A DNA stretch of 64,000 bases from an uncultured Planctomycetia bacterium (GTDB taxonomy: Bacteria; Omnitrophota; Gorgyraeia; Duberdicusellales; 4484-171): positions 162,814 to 226,813 of the forward strand of contig CAZVQU010000002.1 in NCBI GenBank assembly GCA_964629655.1. Reading direction: 5' to 3'. Positions within the stretch are counted from its first letter, which is position 1. The number at the start of each line of letters is the position of its first letter. The notes under the pieces were generated by a model. That model did no database searches. It was not told the DNA's origin and saw only the letters and a list, made by a program, of their open reading frames with translations. Both the position numbers and the translations under genes were made by a program. Positions 62,801 to 64,000 of the stretch are shown piece after piece.

Positions 62801-64000
62801 AGTAATTTCTCCAAAGCTCTTCCTACTGCCTCTTTATTCTTATCGAAAATCAGTGAAGTCTTTAGTTTCATTGAGCTTATGTTATAAGGTTTTCTTAAAA
62901 AACTTATCTCTCCCTCCATCGACTTTAGGAAAACTCTGCGCTTATCATCCTCGGGTTCAAGAAACACGCACACACAGGGTTTCTGTAAAGACGCAATCTC
63001 TGAAACCATAGAGATACTCTCACTGCTAACAAAAATAACATCGGCTAGATCGCCAAAACCTTCAAAAACAAAATCGTAATTATTCTTATTAGCTACAACT
63101 AAAGCCTCTAAATTAGTAAAGCCTTTTAACTCTTTCTCTAAATAGTCTTCAGCTTCCTTGGGGGTACGCCGAGACGTGCTAATAAGAATCTTATAGCCTT
63201 CTTTTAAGGAAAATTCTTTTAGCTTGGGAATGAAGAGTTTTAGATTTTCGACAAACTCTTCTTTCTCTGAAATCGGCCCTCCCAAAAAGAAAGAAATCTT
63301 CTTATCTTTGCCCAAGTTAAAAAACTCTCTGCAATCTTTCACCTTTCCTTCAAGATTATCGGGATAAAATAAAGCTCCCTTAATCATTACAGCAAAATCA
63401 CTCTGTATCCGATCGTGCTCAGGAATAATTGCTAGGTCAAATTTTCGCAAAGGTATATTTGGACGTAAAACCGTAACTGCTTTCGCTCCCAAATAAGAAG
63501 AAACCAACTTATTCACCGGGGCAATAAAACTCCCCGCGCTTATTACAATATCAGCATAAGTTCTGTCTAACTCCTGCCAGGTCTTTTTATCAACCAGATG
63601 GGTTAGAAAGGTCCCGCAACTAAGCCAGTTTCTCCCGGCAAAGAAAGCTATCATATCAGCGAATATCCTCCCAAACTTATTCTTATACTTAACCTCGATG
63701 ACCTTGCTTCTTATCTGCAAACCTTCTACAGGCAATAAAGACAGTAGAGCTTTCGCTTGCTTAAGATGGCCGGGTTTACCGTCACTTAAGATTAGGATAT
63801 CACGATCCACCTTATGTTTGAAACGCTTATAATACCAGAAATACTCCCAGGGATACTTCTTTAGGAGTTCTTCGTAAATTTTATTTAATTCTGTTAATAC
63901 TTCTCTATCATCCCTGCCTTCAACATCTATAGGCTCACTTATTTCCAGTAGATGAGAAAAATTCTTCCGGCGGCGGCAAAAAGTAATATATATCTTCTTA
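62797..64000 (-). CDS. ELM1/DUF1022-family protein (putative LPS-core-associated glycosyltransferase); reading frame stays open to the window end, so the true N-terminus may lie beyond 64000
   Basis: ILSDGKPGHLKQAKAL N-terminal motif of the ELM1 family. The ORF track begins at GTG 63810, but the same frame has no stop for a further 63 codons up to the window edge (...YEELLKKYPWEYFWYYKRFKHK-VDRDIL...). Confidence 0.5.
   Translation of the reverse strand, partial: KKIYITFCRRRKNFSHLLEISEPIDVEGRDDREVLTELNKIYEELLKKYPWEYFWYYKRFKHKVDRDILILSDGKPGHLKQAKALLSLLPVEGLQIRSKVIEVKYKNKFGRIFADMIAFFAGRNWLSCGTFLTHLVDKKTWQELDRTYADIVISAGSFIAPVNKLVSSYLGAKAVTVLRPNIPLRKFDLAIIPEHDRIQSDFAVMIKGALFYPDNLEGKVKDCREFFNLGKDKKISFFLGGPISEKEEFVENLKLFIPKLKEFSLKEGYKILISTSRRTPKEAEDYLEKELKGFTNLEALVVANKNNYDFVFEGFGDLADVIFVSSESISMVSEIASLQKPCVCVFLEPEDDKRRVFLKSMEGEISFLRKPYNISSMKLKTSLIFDKNKEAVGRALEKLL

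Noticed and set aside
1-64000. Mobile elements (transposase, integrase, phage genes) and genomic-island boundaries
   Set aside because: None were recognised. No IS-type inverted repeats or integrase-like ORFs were seen. tRNA-Arg is present but is not flanked by an integrase.

Overview
This is a ~40% GC bacterial chromosomal segment with extreme strand bias: about 70 of 71 genes are on the minus strand, and no mobile elements or CRISPR arrays were seen. Reading from high to low coordinates (direction of transcription), the window contains six blocks.

(1) An LPS-core-like glycosyltransferase cluster (55.9-64 kb) with four GT9 heptosyltransferase domains, a GT4, a GT4-GT9 fusion, a NodB-type deacetylase and an ELM1-like protein.

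(2) A 21-gene energy-converting group-4 [NiFe] hydrogenase locus (39.4-55.4 kb). It comprises an AsrA/AsrB-like NAD(P)H module, a HycB-like polyferredoxin, NuoH/B/C-like subunits, a catalytic large subunit with RICGICS and DPCYCC motifs, Mrp antiporter-type membrane subunits, a NuoI-like ferredoxin and a HycI-type protease. At its tail sit a truncated HypA, a HypC-domain::HydE-like radical-SAM fusion, a Rex repressor and a HydG-like radical-SAM enzyme. A near-perfect Rex operator lies in the promoter at the head of the operon.

(3) Housekeeping genes (glyQS, ppdK, a sigma-70-family sigma factor, apt) and tRNA-Arg(CCU).

(4) A cobalamin-riboswitch-controlled btuF-btuC-btuD/btuB uptake operon that unusually includes two Dph6-like PP-loop ATPases.

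(5) A zf-HC2 anti-sigma factor carrying a near-identical 360-bp tandem repeat, then uppP, a STAS-PilZ fusion, a membrane-anchored EF-G with a ~365-aa N-terminal coiled-coil extension, a REC-GGDEF-MshEN protein, MscS, a Ste24-like protease and dinB.

(6) A signalling and pilus supercluster: a hybrid-architecture PAS histidine kinase, four tandem CheY-like receivers, REC-EAL, and PilB/PilC/pilin, ending in a partial TMTC/PMT-like membrane glycosyltransferase.

The most unusual features are the radical-SAM/HypC maturation module attached to a [NiFe] hydrogenase, the EF-G fusion, and the DUF71 PP-loop genes inside a B12 regulon.
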